From the NCBI GenBank assembly GCA_964016885.1, contig OZ024740.1, forward strand, positions 193,130,001-193,194,000: a stretch of DNA of 64,000 bases. Direction: 5' to 3'. A model generated the notes under the pieces. It saw only the letters and a list, made by a program, of their open reading frames with translations. It was not told the origin of the DNA and did no database searches. Source of the stretch: Eledone cirrhosa (lineage: Eukaryota). The position numbers were made by a program, and so were the translations under genes. Numbering within the stretch: the first letter of the stretch is position 1; each line of letters opens with the position of its first letter. Of the stretch, positions 1-13,212 are shown one piece after another.

Positions 1-150
1 ATAGAGACTTGATAGTTTTATGACCCTAACTGAGGGCGATAACAGTCGCCGTGTTTTGACTGCTTGATCTTCATATGAAGGATTAAACTCTGCGTGAATG
101 AACACCGTTACTTCTCTCCCTCATCTCAAGGATTTGAAGACAATTCATTT

Positions 151-224
151 TCACCTGACGAGTTCAGTGATAATCGATCATGACTACACGATCGATCTAT
201 CTCTTATTGAAAACTGTGTCGTGA
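151..224 (+). ncRNA. degenerate type I hammerhead ribozyme
   Basis: tcac-CTGACGA-long stem II (ttcagtga/ttattgaa)-aac-tgt-GTC-gtga. The GAAA junction appears damaged. Confidence 0.4.
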
Positions 225-785
225 TTAAAATGATTGGAAATGTATACCATGCCTTCTGATCTTTATTTTGATTCAAATACTCCGATTTACATCATCTAGC
301 TGTTCCCATACATGGAATTGGAGATATACAAAAGCGTGGAGAACTTAATATTGCTAACAACAAATTTAATGGACCATTTGATACAACCAATAATACAGCT
401 TTCTATATAATAACTATATATATATATATATATAAGAGAGTATTGAAGTTTGCTTGAAGCATTGTGGAATAATGAGATATATTTTATTTTGGTCGTTTTG
501 TAAGCCTCAACAATGCAGATGGGTAATTCTCCGGGTAACAAGATCTGGTGGTGAAGAGAGAGATGTAAGTGAATGTAGAATGAGATGTATAGTGTGTAGA
601 AGAACGTAGGAAAGAGCGTAAAAAATAAAAATAATAACACGAGATAGAGCTACCTTTAGAGAGATTTAATTGTCCCTTTATATTTAGGATTCACATCCAT
701 CAAATGAGTTTTTTCCAGGGGAGGAGGGGGGGTATCTATGGGAAAGGTGCGAAACGTTTCCTCCGCTCTTTGTTGTTTTGATATT

Positions 786-847
<62 letters not shown>

Positions 848-853
<6 letters not shown>

Positions 854-1173
854 CGAAACATAAGTCAATTGCATGAACTCATAATCCTTTATTTACTGCT
901 ATATATATTTAGATGATAGCCATTGAATGGCTATGACCTCATCAGACAGTTAGTCAGTTCTTAGATATGGCCAGCTCTCTGTGAATAGTGTTGATGGTAT
1001 CAGAGCCTTGGGACATATCTGATACCATCAACACTATACACACAGAGCTGGTATATTTAAGAACTGACTAACTGCCTGATGAGGTCATATCCATTCAATG
1101 GCTATCATCGAAATAAATATAGCAGTAAATAAAGGATTAAGAGTTCATGCAATTGACTTATGTTCCGTCACTA
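848..1173. mobile_element. fold-back (palindromic) non-autonomous element with an HHR in each arm
   Basis: About 155-bp inverted arms around a 13-nt loop, next to (TA)n. HHRs at 895-950 (-) and 1071-1126 (+). Confidence 0.85.
1071..1126 (+). ncRNA. type I hammerhead ribozyme
   Basis: actgc-CTGATGA-stem II hairpin-GAAA-ta(a/t)ata-TA-gcagt. Stem I is actgc/gcagt. Confidence 0.8.
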
Positions 1174-1306
1174 TTATAACTCCGGAACTTATATATTCGT
1201 TGAGTGCTCCACATCCGCATACTGAAGCACTGGATTTTACCGACACTTACTTTCTTGCTTATATATACATATATATATTAACATCTTTGAATATATCAGG
1301 AACTTC

Positions 1307-1398
<92 letters not shown>

Positions 1399-1420
1399 GA
1401 TAAATGTATATATATATATG

Positions 1421-1535
<115 letters not shown>

Positions 1536-1560
1536 GTATATATCTATATATATGTATATG

Positions 1561-1622
<62 letters not shown>

Positions 1623-1623
<1 letters not shown>

Positions 1624-3004
1624 AAGACGTAAAATCAGCACATTTTAAAAATTAAAAATTAACTTACTTACTAAAATGTTCACTCCAACTAATTAGTTTC
1701 TGTAATGGGATAAATATAGTTACACAATATAACTATCGAGAATTCATTACGTCATCAGGGAGTCTATTCCCAGGCAGTGCGCGGACACTAGGAACCCATA
1801 TAAAAATAATAATTCAGTGGATGGAATAAGCTAGCGAGGACTAAATTCCAGAGCACTGAAAAAGTTCACTGCCTCTGGTCAGTGGCAGATTCTAAAGAAT
1901 CAATCACGTGACACTGAGGTTAGTCAGTTAGGAGTGGGGTGGTATTATGACAAGAGCCTACTACTACTACAATGAATTAGCAGTAGATTTGGCAAGTTTG
2001 CTCAACAAATAATTTGGAGATAAATATAGAGAATTAGTACATCTACCAACATATGCGTTCAGATGTACACTAATGCTAGCAAATATATAAGTTATGTTAA
2101 AGTACCTAGGTGGTTCTATGCAGGGGGAGGCAGAACAATTATATGAAAGACGTAAAATAAGAACATTTTAAAAATTAAAATTAACTTACTTACTAAAATT
2201 TTCACTCCAACTAATTAGTTTCTGTAATGGGATAAATATAGTTACACAATATAACTATCGAGAATTCATTACGTCATCAGGGAGTCTATTCTCAGCTAAG
2301 TTCCCAAGCAATGCGCGGACACTAGGAACCCATATAAAAATATTAATTCATTGGATGGAATAAGCTAGCGAAGACTAAATTCCAGAGCACTGAAAAAGTT
2401 CACTGCCTCTGGTCAGTGGCAGATTCTAAAGAATCAATCACGTGACACTGAGGTTAGTCAGTTAGGAGTGGGGTGGTATTATGACAAGAGCCTATTACTA
2501 CTACTATGTATTAGCACTAGATTTGGCAAGTTTGCTCAACAAATAATTTGGAGATAAATATAGAGAATTAGTACATCTACCAACATATGCGTACAGATGT
2601 ACACTAATGCTAGCAAATATATAAGTTATGTCAAAGTACCTAGGTGGTTCTATGCAGGGGGATGCAGAACACTTATATGAAAGACGTAAAAGAAGAAAAT
2701 TTTAAAAATTAAAAATTAACTTACTTACTAAAATTTTCACTCCAACTGATTAGTTTCTGTAATGGGATAAATATAGTTACACAATATAACTATCGAGAAT
2801 TCATTATGTCATCTGGGAGTCTATTCTCAGCTAAGTTCCCAGGCAATGCGCGGACACTAGGAACCCATATAAAAATAATAATTCAGTGGATGGAATAAGC
2901 TAGCGAGGACTAAATTCCAGAGCACTGAAAAAGTTCACTGCCTCTGGTCAGTGGCAGATTCTAAAGAATCAATCACGTGACACTGAGGTTAGTCAGTTAG
3001 GAGT
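1623..3004 (-). repeat. tandem array of 522-535 bp HHR-containing monomers (retrozyme-like), about 2.6 copies
   Basis: Units start at aaagacgtaaaa (~1623, 2146, 2680). One minus-strand HHR per unit at 1682-1763, 2204-2285 and 2739-2820. Confidence 0.9.
1682..1763 (-). ncRNA. type I hammerhead ribozyme
   Basis: Reverse complement: actcc-CTGATGA-(gtaatg...cattac)-GAAA-ctaattag-TT-ggagt, with palindromic stem III. Same motif at 2204-2285; core mutated at 2739-2820. Confidence 0.85.
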
Positions 3005-3021
3005 GTGTATATATATGTGTA

Positions 3022-4068
3022 TCATTATCTATAAAAGGCAGATTGTTTTTGTTGTATGTGTGTGTGTGCATGTTCCATGATTATACATTTCCACGATTTC
3101 AAACCAATTCGACTCAAAGTCTGTAAGAGTGTTGTAGTTGGTCTACCTCAGGTCAACGACTATGTATTTCATTCAAAAACACCAGAATTATGGAAATAAC
3201 CGATACAACTAAATACATGACTCTTTAATACAATCAGATATTCTCTCTCTACTCCCCTTAAAATTCGATAAAACTACATACATGCTGCATATTCTCTTAT
3301 ATACGATTAAACTTACACACTTTAAGAGAGAGAGAGAGAGTGAGAGGGGAAGAGAGAGAGTGAGAGGGGGAGAGAGAGATGGAACGTTTGTTTTTGAGTG
3401 TGGAACGGTCAAATATTTATTTACTGCAATGACAAAGAGAACTTATTACATTTCATACGAAACAACAATTATTCAAAAGCAACAGATAAATTTATTCAAC
3501 AACAAAAAAATAGCGATAAATCTTTTTTAAAACATCTATCAACGAACGTGGAAGAAAGAAGTATCAGTTCATTTACTATACACAATAATATCCTCTATAA
3601 GGTCACTAAACCTGCTAGAAACAGCAGCTAACTCTCCCCCATTTAACACCACTCCCTACTGTCTTAAATTTAGAAAACATATCCTCTATGAGGTCACTAA
3701 ACCTGCTAGAAACAGCATCTAACTCTCCTCCATATCACACTCCTCCCTACTGTCTTAAGTTTAGAAAACACACATTAGACAACCATGCAGAACAACTCCA
3801 TAGCAGCTCTGTTGTTCGGCTGGCATCGTCTACGCGCGTGCTGCGCAAGTACTGTGAAACAATAAATTTCAACACTTCTTTGCACAGAGATAATATCAAT
3901 AGGCGAAACTACAATTGTCACTGCTGGCGTAGCTCCTGCTTCGGCAGTCCAGGTCTGCAATTCATTCCCCCAGTGCCTGGCAGACAAAAGAGTGCTGCCG
4001 TAAAATGGGTGGTGCTACCTAACTTTGGCAACCTACTGACCCAGAGCAACGCCGGGCTTTAATGCTAG
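3022..4068 (+). mobile_element. probable non-autonomous Helitron
   Basis: 5' TC...tctataaaag followed by (TG)n. 3' subterminal GC hairpin (cccagagcaacgccggg) then CTAG|T. Contains a ~91-bp tandem duplication at ~3588-3770. Confidence 0.55.
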
Positions 4069-4084
4069 TATAAATATATATGTA

Positions 4085-4153
<69 letters not shown>

Positions 4154-4196
4154 GATATTAAATAAATGGAAACTATATTTATAAGACCATATTTAT

Positions 4197-4255
4197 TTCA
4201 TTATACATATTTCAGGGATACCAAATTAAAATATGGTATGCCTTCATCAGACAAA
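4197..4255 (-). ncRNA. type I hammerhead ribozyme
   Basis: Reverse complement: tttgt-CTGATGA-aggcatacca...tggtatccct-GAAA-tatgta-TA-atgaa, inside a (TA)n-flanked module. Confidence 0.65.
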
Positions 4256-4331
4256 ATACAATATATAAACTGTTTTATAAATAATTTTGACGTACCCTAT
4301 TAGAAGCGACGATTATTTTTGGAAGCTGTTT

Positions 4332-4369
<38 letters not shown>

Positions 4370-4436
4370 TATATATATATATATAAAGAATGAATAATAA
4401 CAGGTAGACATCATAAAAAAGGTAATTTATTCCGTG

Positions 4437-4548
4437 TGCTTACAAATGTTTTCACGATGGTAGTACAGCCTAGTTATGCTATGTGAAAATTATCAACTAT
4501 TTGCAGAACTCAAATATCAAATGCTGTGACCACTGTATCATCAGAGCA
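4437..4548 (-). ncRNA. hammerhead ribozyme with long stem II
   Basis: Reverse complement: tgct-CTGATGA-extended stem II-GAAA-acatttg-TA-agca. Confidence 0.5.
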
Positions 4549-4828
4549 GAATGGTTAAAATGTACAATGTAAATACACTTAAGTGAGGTTATTGGAGAAA
4601 ATAGATTAGAAAATGAAGAGAGAAAAGTAGGGGAGAGAGAGAGAAAGATATGCAGGGGTTGGAGAAATAGGAGAGAGTGGTTTGTAGATATCTTAATCAA
4701 AATGTTGTGGTAAGGGTTTTATTATACTGGTTACTTTTAGAGAGATGCGTTGATAGTCAAGGTTGGAATTATTTATTGCCCCAGAGGGCAGGTTCATAGA
4801 TGTGGAGAGAGAGGGAGGTAGGTCAAAG

Positions 4829-4863
<35 letters not shown>

Positions 4864-4888
4864 ATGGAGATAGAGGGAGAGATAGAGA

Positions 4889-4962
4889 CGGTTAATTCTG
4901 GACTCAGTCCAGAATTAGCCGTCGAAACGGCTTGAGCTCAGCCGTCGGGGTCCTACTCGTTC

Positions 4963-4966
<4 letters not shown>
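4889..4966 (+). mobile_element. fragment of Naiad-PLE terminal repeat
   Basis: Matches the 3' end of the 45643-48182 element (ttagccgtcgaaacggcttgagctcagccgtcggggtcc). Confidence 0.75.
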
Positions 4967-5025
<59 letters not shown>

Positions 5026-5034
<9 letters not shown>

Positions 5035-5461
5035 AGATCAAAAGATGGTTAAAAGAGTTCCATGTATTTTATTATGAGCATTTCAAAAACAAATATCATC
5101 ATGAAATATCATTTGTGTTTTCATCAGATAAAATAGGAAGACATGATATGAAGGTTAAAAAACACTTGTGAATAGTGCAGACCGGGCCCGTCGCTCGGCG
5201 GCGGTTTTCTGTCGTCCCAGGCAGGCTAACAGGCGGGGACGGGAACCTTCATATCATGTCTTCCTATTTTATCTGATGAAAACACAAATATTATTGCATG
5301 ATGATTTTTGTTTTTGAAATGCGCATAATAAAATACATGGAACTATTTTAACCATCTTTTGATCTTATATATTATGTATACTCCAGTCCTAGACACTGTA
5401 GAGTGCTTCTTATCCGATATCTGCATTGCTTCATTGTACTACAATAAAACTCACCTCCTAC

Positions 5462-5462
<1 letters not shown>
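5026..5462 (+). mobile_element. fold-back HHR element with 3' tail
   Basis: Inverted arms of ~130 bp plus a ~90-bp tail, flanked by (TA)n. A sibling lies at 53875-54288. Confidence 0.9.
5265..5335 (+). ncRNA. type I hammerhead ribozyme
   Basis: tattttat-CTGATGA-stem II-GAAA-tgcgca-TA-ataaaata. Stem I is 8 bp and stem III is palindromic. Confidence 0.9.
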
Positions 5463-5535
<73 letters not shown>

Positions 5536-6632
5536 TGAATACTTAGCAATATATGTACATATGTTTTCTACTTTAGAAGTAAGGTGGTATATAACATTTT
5601 TTTCAATCCTTTGTTTACGCGAATGTTTAAACTCAACTAAGTATATGTTATAAGTCACTATTGAGTTATTTTTATTTCAAACATTACATAATATCTATTC
5701 TATAGAACACCTTGCTTCTTAACTTCAACACTATATTTTCTCACCAAATGCATGGTAAGATGCGTTAACCTAGAAGTTGAGGGCTTTACCACGAAAAATA
5801 TTTGCTCTTCTGATAAATAAAACAAAATTTAGAGCAAAATATAAATGTTGGGTCTGTGACTTAAAATCAAATATCTTGGTATATTCAAGTATTTTATAAC
5901 GTACAAATGCTCATGCATAGGTAAGGTATGCACATATTTATATATGTTTGTAAATGTACTTGTGTTTGTACGTGAGTATGTGCAAGTATCTTCAGTATTT
6001 ATAAATATATTTATATATATTTATACCCATTTATATATAGCAAAAATGACAACATTTCTAATGTGAATGCTCTGTTGTTAGGAAATGTTGCGGTAGGTGT
6101 TTTGAGTCAGTAGTACCTTCATATTGATTAGACTTCGACGTGTGGAAATTCCTGATATATACAAAGATATTAATAAATGTAAGACGATATATGTAATTTT
6201 CTTCGCTAATCAGAAAAGGTTGATGAATGAAATGAAGGCAACCACTTCATTCCTCATGTACCTAATAGCATTGCTACAGTAACGGATATAGCCATCTTAC
6301 ACGGTGAGTTTTGAAGAGATTAGTTTCACTAAGAAAGTGTCCGAGAGAAAATAATTTAGTTGGTTTATTAAATGACTTCTCTGTTACGCGAATAACACTC
6401 ATTTACTTTCCTTGATTTTTCACCAAATTGATTGTCGTAATTTTAAGGGAAGACGTTTAATAAGCAAACTTAATTATTTATTATTACGCTCGTTCTCAGT
6501 GAAAATACCCACATTAACTAGCCACCTTGTATGATGAATATATCCCTTACTGTACTAATGCTATTGGTTTCTCGAGGAATGAACTGCCTTCATTTCCTTC
6601 ATATATCTATCTATATATATATATATATATAT

Positions 6633-6838
6633 ATAGGAACGAGTAGGACACCGACGGCTGAGCTCAAGCCGTTTCGACGGATAATTCTGGACAGCATTCT
6701 GAGTCCAGAATTAGCCGTCGAAACGGCTTGAGCTCATCCGTCGGTGTCCTGCTCGTTCCTATTTACCACTCAACTACACTAAGTATTGAGTACTTTGGTG
6801 CGTTATGGTCCACCTGGTTCCTTACCACATTTCCTTCG

Positions 6839-6842
<4 letters not shown>
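6633..6842 (+). mobile_element. fold-back copy of Naiad-PLE terminal repeat with tail
   Basis: ataggaacgagtagg...gttcctat palindrome plus a ~78-bp tail ending ccttcgtt, in (TA)n. A diverged relative lies at ~6900-7027. Confidence 0.85.
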
Positions 6843-6903
<61 letters not shown>

Positions 6904-7024
6904 GAAACGGCCGGAGCTGAGCCGTCGTGGTCCTGACTCTTTTCATATTCCCCTCTCTAATACCCATAGTATAGAGTACTCTGGTGCGTTATGGTCTACC
7001 TGGTATCTCACCACACCTTCTTTG

Positions 7025-7059
<35 letters not shown>

Positions 7060-7315
7060 TAGAATATTTAAGTATCGTGAGAGAGAAGAGGTTTAAAGGG
7101 ATAAGTGATGCATATAGTTAGTTGCCAAAAGGTTGTGCATTTGTGCTCAATACTTGTGCCTACAGGGTTAAATATTATTCAAACACCGGCCAGAGCTACT
7201 CCTCTTGCTCTGTGACAATAACAACGTGTATGTTTGAACTAAGAATGAGGTTTGATATATTTATCACTTTAAATCCCCTTCTGGGTCCTGCACTGAACAC
7301 TCTTTAGTTTTCTAT

Positions 7316-7356
7316 GCCCTTGAGAAGCCCTTTTCGGGCGAAACGTACGTAGGTGC
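7316..7356 (+). ncRNA. minimal hammerhead, U3-A8 core variant
   Basis: gccc-TTGAGAA-gccc-ttttc-gggc-GAAA-cgtacg-TA-ggtg. Stem I is partly mismatched. Confidence 0.6.
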
Positions 7357-7406
7357 TTTTATATAAACATTTTCTAACAGTATATATTCTCCTTTGTAAT
7401 CCTTTC

Positions 7407-7461
<55 letters not shown>

Positions 7462-8289
7462 AATGTATGTGTGTGGGTGTGTGGGTGGGTGTGCGTGTGT
7501 GTGTGTATGCATGTGTAATATATAATGTTATTATAGTGTAGTAGTTCACTATTATCTTTGGTAAGGTGGGGGAAGCTCTATGCACTTTACAATCATCGGT
7601 TCAGCAGGAGTTTAAGACGAACGATAAAGTTATCGACAGTTAAATATATTGTTAAGGTGTGTTCTAGTAGCAAAGCATTCAAATTGAATACTAGAAAAAA
7701 TAAAGATTACCAACTTACATTGATTCTTTTATTTCTACGTACATGTATTTGCAGAACAACTGGAAAATTATCAATTAATAATTAATTACACCATACATAT
7801 TACCTACAACTTCGATATCCCCAGGAAGGTATAAAGAACAATAATAGGATTTACCAACCTCACAAAGTTTCAAGAATAAAACAAATGAAAAAAAACAATA
7901 TCAAGAACAGTTCGCGTAAAACATATTATGTGGATGGGATTTTTTGAAGAAGCTGTGCCAGCACCCACATGCAAAGAAACCTATCTCTGGGAGGTATAAA
8001 GTACACAGCGTTTGAACTTTAGATATAAATGAAAGCCTATGAATATTGTAAGTAGCAAGGACAGTCCTCGTGTCGAAATAGGTTGAGTGCCTGGGGGGCA
8101 TATAAAGTAGCTAATCTACTAGAATTAGCAAATAAAAAAAGTTTCGAGGGGCTTTTTATAATGGTTTCAAGGCGGTGAATTGTCCGAGAGAGGGGAGAGG
8201 GGTATAGAGAGAGATTTAGACAGACAAACAGACCAGAGAGGCAAGAGAGTTGGCCATATTTAATTATATACTCTAGTGGTACAATCCTA

Positions 8290-9330
8290 TACACAGACAA
8301 ACCTGAGATACTTTCTCGTTGGAAAGAACATTTTGAGAAGGCCCGTAATGCTGAGTCAAACGTAAATGAAGATGTTATATCATCTATTCTACAAATGCCT
8401 AACCTAAGTGAATTAGCATTCAATCACAGCTTCAATGAGTAGCCTCTATAAAGCCTCTTCCATCTCATAAATATCCTGGTAAAGATGGCATCCCACCTGA
8501 AATTTACAAATATTGTGGTCAAAATTTAGTTCGGAAGATACTTCCGTTATCTCCAAAAACCTCTTATGACGAACGTGCCCTTCGAGATTGAGAGATCGCA
8601 TTTATTAACCATCTGTTCAAGAATAAAGGAACATAATCTATCTGTGACAACTCTCTCGCGGCATGCCTCTTCCCTGTATTGTGTGTCATTCTCAACAGAA
8701 TTATATCCAGATTTGTAAATGTTATCTTCCCTGAAAATCTATGTGGTTTCGGCATTGGTCGGGGTACTATTGACATGACATTCTCCCTTCACTAATTCGT
8801 GAAAAGCACCAAGAATTGTTCATGGGTTTTGTCGATCTGACCAAATTATTTGTTACTCTCAATCGCAAAGACCTCAGTAAAATACTAAAAATGCCTGGTA
8901 TGCCTGAAAATATGATTAATATCATCGTATCATTGATGTGAGTATGAAAGCATCAGTTATATTAAATGGTAACTGTGCTGATCCCTTTGATATTACAAAA
9001 AGTACGAGACAGGCTGTTTTGTGCTATGGTTCCTGTACTCTGCTATATCGTTTTTGTAATGCTTCAGTATGCATTTGGAGACAAAGGCACTGGCATCAAA
9101 TCTGAACTCCGCACATCAGGTGGGTTATTTAACTATCCACGATTTAAGGAAATTGATTTACTCGAACATGTGTTTTTCATACTTTACTGTTTGGTGACCT
9201 TGTTGCAAAATCTCTCGCAGAAGCACCCGAACTGATGAACCGCTTCATAATTGCCTGTAAGGATTTTGTGTTTTATAATCAGCATCAACTACACTGAGTG
9301 GGTACCTCAACGAAATACAACCTACAAGCA
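8290..9330 (+). pseudogene. RTE-clade LINE reverse transcriptase remnant
   Basis: Frameshifted motifs DGIPPEIYKY, CGFGIGRGTIDMTFSL, FVDLTK and ELRTSGGLFN. Confidence 0.8.
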
Positions 9331-11479
9331 AGTAGAAGGTGTTAAGCAAACGCAGCTGGGCATGGACATCCTCTTGTTCTCATCAATGTTGATGGAAAGC
9401 ATATAAATGTGGATTCCGTTTCCATGACATTTAACAGAATAAATATTACGAAATGTCATCAAATTTCAAAGATGAAATCTACTTCTTTTCAAACACTTTG
9501 CAAAGAGAAAACAAAACGGCATCATGGGGTTAAGCTCTGTTTGGTAGTTCAGTGTATGATAATTTAACTTCAGGTAGTTGAAATATAGAAATTAAAACTA
9601 TAATATTATTCAAATCTGGACATCTGGCTTTGATATGCTTATCGCTACAACGACTTCTGTCATTTATTTAAATGGCATTCTTCTGGATCACGCGCCCTGG
9701 GGCGCCAGACAAATGCTATATCTTCGTCGATATAATGAGATCGTACTTAAAGCACTTTAAAACTTGATTTAATAAGTATCATTTTACTACAATGCTGTGT
9801 CAGTGACAAAGATCTTTTGAAGTGAAGCATGCTTGGAATAAGCAGTTTAACATGCTTTGTTTTCAAAAGTATTGTTCAGCGTTCAAAATAATTCATCCAA
9901 TGTTTATTATAACAATTATATATATCTACCCCATACCAATATATATATGATATCATCATATGCACTCTTTTGATGCTATTACACCATAATTATATGTTAC
10001 ATGCCTCCCTCCTTTTTTTCCTGTATGCTCCAATGTACTAAAAATCACGTATTTCTTGATTAATATAGCAATAACATTAGCTTTTATTCCCTACATTAAC
10101 ATAACTATTAATCCTAAGACTAGAAGCAATGAGTAGTACCTTAGTATCCAGGTATTTAATTTCATTCAAGTCATGATTGTCATCATCAAATGGTTGCATA
10201 CACATTGAAAGGAATTGCTACATAGTAAGTGATTTGTGACTGAACATAATCAAACATCCTCTTTACTTAATGTGAAGTACTCTCATCCCAGACAAACATG
10301 CCCTTTCTGTTGTGTAATACACCACGTTATCACTGGATCACTTCCCCTATCGATTTTCTCCTTCCGTCTTCATCTGCAACCTACTGTATATGGGAATTGT
10401 GCATAAAAATACAACTTCGGAAACATACATTTCTTTAGAGAAATATATATATATATATATATAAATGTAATCTGAGTTATTCGATTCATTTGCAATTAGC
10501 ATTTCCTGCTTATTACCTTTTCCATTCATTAGTCAGTTAAATCAGCAACAACAACAACTACAACTACAACGACAAAAAAAAAACGGAGGAAAATTGCCTT
10601 ATCTGTTTTAACCACACCCTTGCCTACAACGGCAACAACAACAATAAAAACATGGGAGATATCGGGTTATATTCCTCATTGCTGTGAGACAGTGTAGAGT
10701 TGCATGATCAGGTGGCGGGCCGCAATCCTACCATTCCTGTCACTACTAATTATTTCCTGCGCGCAGGGCCGATCACTCCAATGAGTTACCAAGTCCAAAC
10801 ACAAAGGAACCAAACTCCCACTGTCTCCCGCTCTCCCCATCTCTCACTATCATGAGCAAATCGGGGCCCGCGTGCTGGTCGCATCGTAGAGACAGGCAAG
10901 TAGGTGTGGAAATATGTAGCTATGTAGGTATGCCAAAAGATAGTCTTAATTCTATATAAAAGCATAGTATATGTGAATTGTGTTGGCTAGACAAGGTGTC
11001 ACTCATTAAACTATAGAGAAGCAAGTATTATTATATAAATGTACCCAGATAACATTTTGTTAATAAATATATATGTATTAATGTAACTATTACACAATGT
11101 TTTCCAGTCGTATACTTCCTTGCTCCTTTTCCTCATCTTAATTTCTTACTTTTGTATATTCCACTTAGTTTCAGTATATAATGACCATACCGAATAAGCA
11201 GTGTAGATTGAATATGCATATAGATGTGTGTTTGAGCGCATTTTGTGTTGTTTAACCATAGGCCATCATTGATTGAAGAAATATATGAGCAATGGCATCC
11301 TAAACGTAAACACCGCATTTTATAATGTTATCTGAAACAATATTAACGAACGTGTATAATGGGATTTTAAGGAGATTTGTCTGATATTTCAAGTGTGCGG
11401 TGGGATTATAGATAGACATCCGTATTGGCTTCTAGGTGTAAATTCTGGAATATGTTGACATGATTGTGTGTGTGTGTGC

Positions 11480-11524
<45 letters not shown>

Positions 11525-12204
11525 TGTGTGTGTGCACGACTTCACATATGCACAAGTTTTGTAAATTGAAAATAACTTTAAAGAGAAGGCAAATGATATC
11601 AAATAGATGCCATGAAAGTATAACATTTATGTATCTTGCTTGACGAGTGTTAATATTTTTTCCCAATATCTATCCTCTTAGTAGTGAGAAACACGACGCT
11701 GCCAGCACCTGTTACTCGACAATAACCTATAAACAAGTAAATAATTCTTAGATATAATATCCATTGTTATCTGTAGGGAGTAGTTATATTTAATTTAATC
11801 CTGTTTTGAATATTATAGTGGCTGATTTTTATCTCTCTCGCATAACTAGGAAACTAATTCAATAAAGGAATTACTAGAAAAAGCCCTAGGGAAGCGTGCA
11901 GCATGAGATTCCTAGGCTAAATTGAGCGGTAACATACTTTATGTAGTGAATTATATCAAGAATGTTAACGTTTACTTTAATATGTTTGGTTAGATATGGA
12001 ATATATAATCGGAAACGGAAAGCAAATATTAATTTTCCAAAATATTTACTCTTTAACCCAATGATTTGACTAGCGGTTTCGACCTTTAGGTTTCAGCTCT
12101 TGGTGGTCCATTGCATGGAAGTATTAGCCTGAAATAATGTGTGACAATGATGGATATAAAATTACGAGTACACACCATTTCCCTCAAAAAGATTGGATCG
12201 ACGC

Positions 12205-12295
12205 GAGACTATCTTAAAGATACTTGCCAAAGATGGCACCCAGTGGGATCGATATCATGGTCCCATGGTTGGGGACAGAAATCCATAACCGCTTA
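12205..12295 (-). mobile_element. tRNA-derived SINE 5' part (octopus OK-like)
   Basis: Reverse complement contains ggtta...cccaaccatggg...cccactgggtgccatctttggcaagtatctt. Confidence 0.5.
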
Positions 12296-12341
12296 ACTAA
12301 TCAGCACAAGCGATTTGCTCATATATATATATATATATATA

Positions 12342-12550
12342 TATAGGAACGAGTAGGAAACCGACGGCTGAGTTCAAGCCGTTTCGACGGCTAATTCTGG
12401 ACTAAATTTAGTCCAGAATTAGCCGTCGAAAAGGCTTGAGCTCAGCCGTCGGGGTCCTACTCGTTCCTATTACCCACTCTACTACCCTAAGTAGTGAGTA
12501 CTTTGGTGCGTTATGGTCCACCTGGTTCCTTACCACATTTCCTTCGTTAT
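12342..12550 (+). mobile_element. fold-back copy of Naiad-PLE terminal repeat with tail
   Basis: Same family and same two end points as 6633-6842. Confidence 0.85.
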
Positions 12551-12912
12551 ATATATATATATATATATATGTCTGTGTGTGTGTTTGTGTGCGTGTATGG
12601 CTGTGTGTGTGGCTGTGTGTGCATGCATGTGTGTGTGTGTATCCTTATATATGACATACCACAAAACTATTGGTTGGGTTAGTGTTCTGTTGATAGTTAA
12701 AGCATCCTACTTTCAGGCAGTTTTCATCTAAATGGCATCATGAGTGATCTTCATTCCATGCTATATCGAATTTGAAGCCTAACGTATACTATGGCGTACA
12801 TATAGACAATCCGAAACAGACTGAAGCAGCAATCACACATTTGTTCAGAGGATATTTGTATGGATGCAATAAAAGATGCATATGTCACGAAAAAAGACTT
12901 TTTAATAGACAC

Positions 12913-13105
12913 GGGAGGTGTAGTGGCAGTATCGGCAGAGGGTCGGGCGCCATGCTTTTCAGCAAAGAGTTACGCCGCTTTTGCGGGCTGAATTCCAATA
13001 CTGCCGTGGTTAACTTTGCCTTACATCCTTACAGGGTCCATAAAATAATGTACCAGTAATTCACTGGGATAATTGCTGGCCTTGTGCCAAAAAGTAGAAG
13101 CAATT
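12913..13105 (+). mobile_element. tRNA-derived SINE (octopus OR-like central domain)
   Basis: A-box-like head tagtggcagtatcgg, then gccgtggttaactttgccttacatcctt...taaaataatgtaccagt...ctggccttgtgcc. Confidence 0.7.
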
Positions 13106-13212
13106 ATGAAATAGACAAATTGGCATGATTAATCTTACAACACTTCTAAACACGACTACCCAATGAATCCGCATGTATAGTTATATTTATATATATATAT
13201 ATATATATATAT

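Noticed and set aside
6214-6303. AG...GTGAGT-bounded exon candidate with signal-peptide-like MKATTSFLMYLIALL
   Set aside because: Stops in all three frames and no other support.
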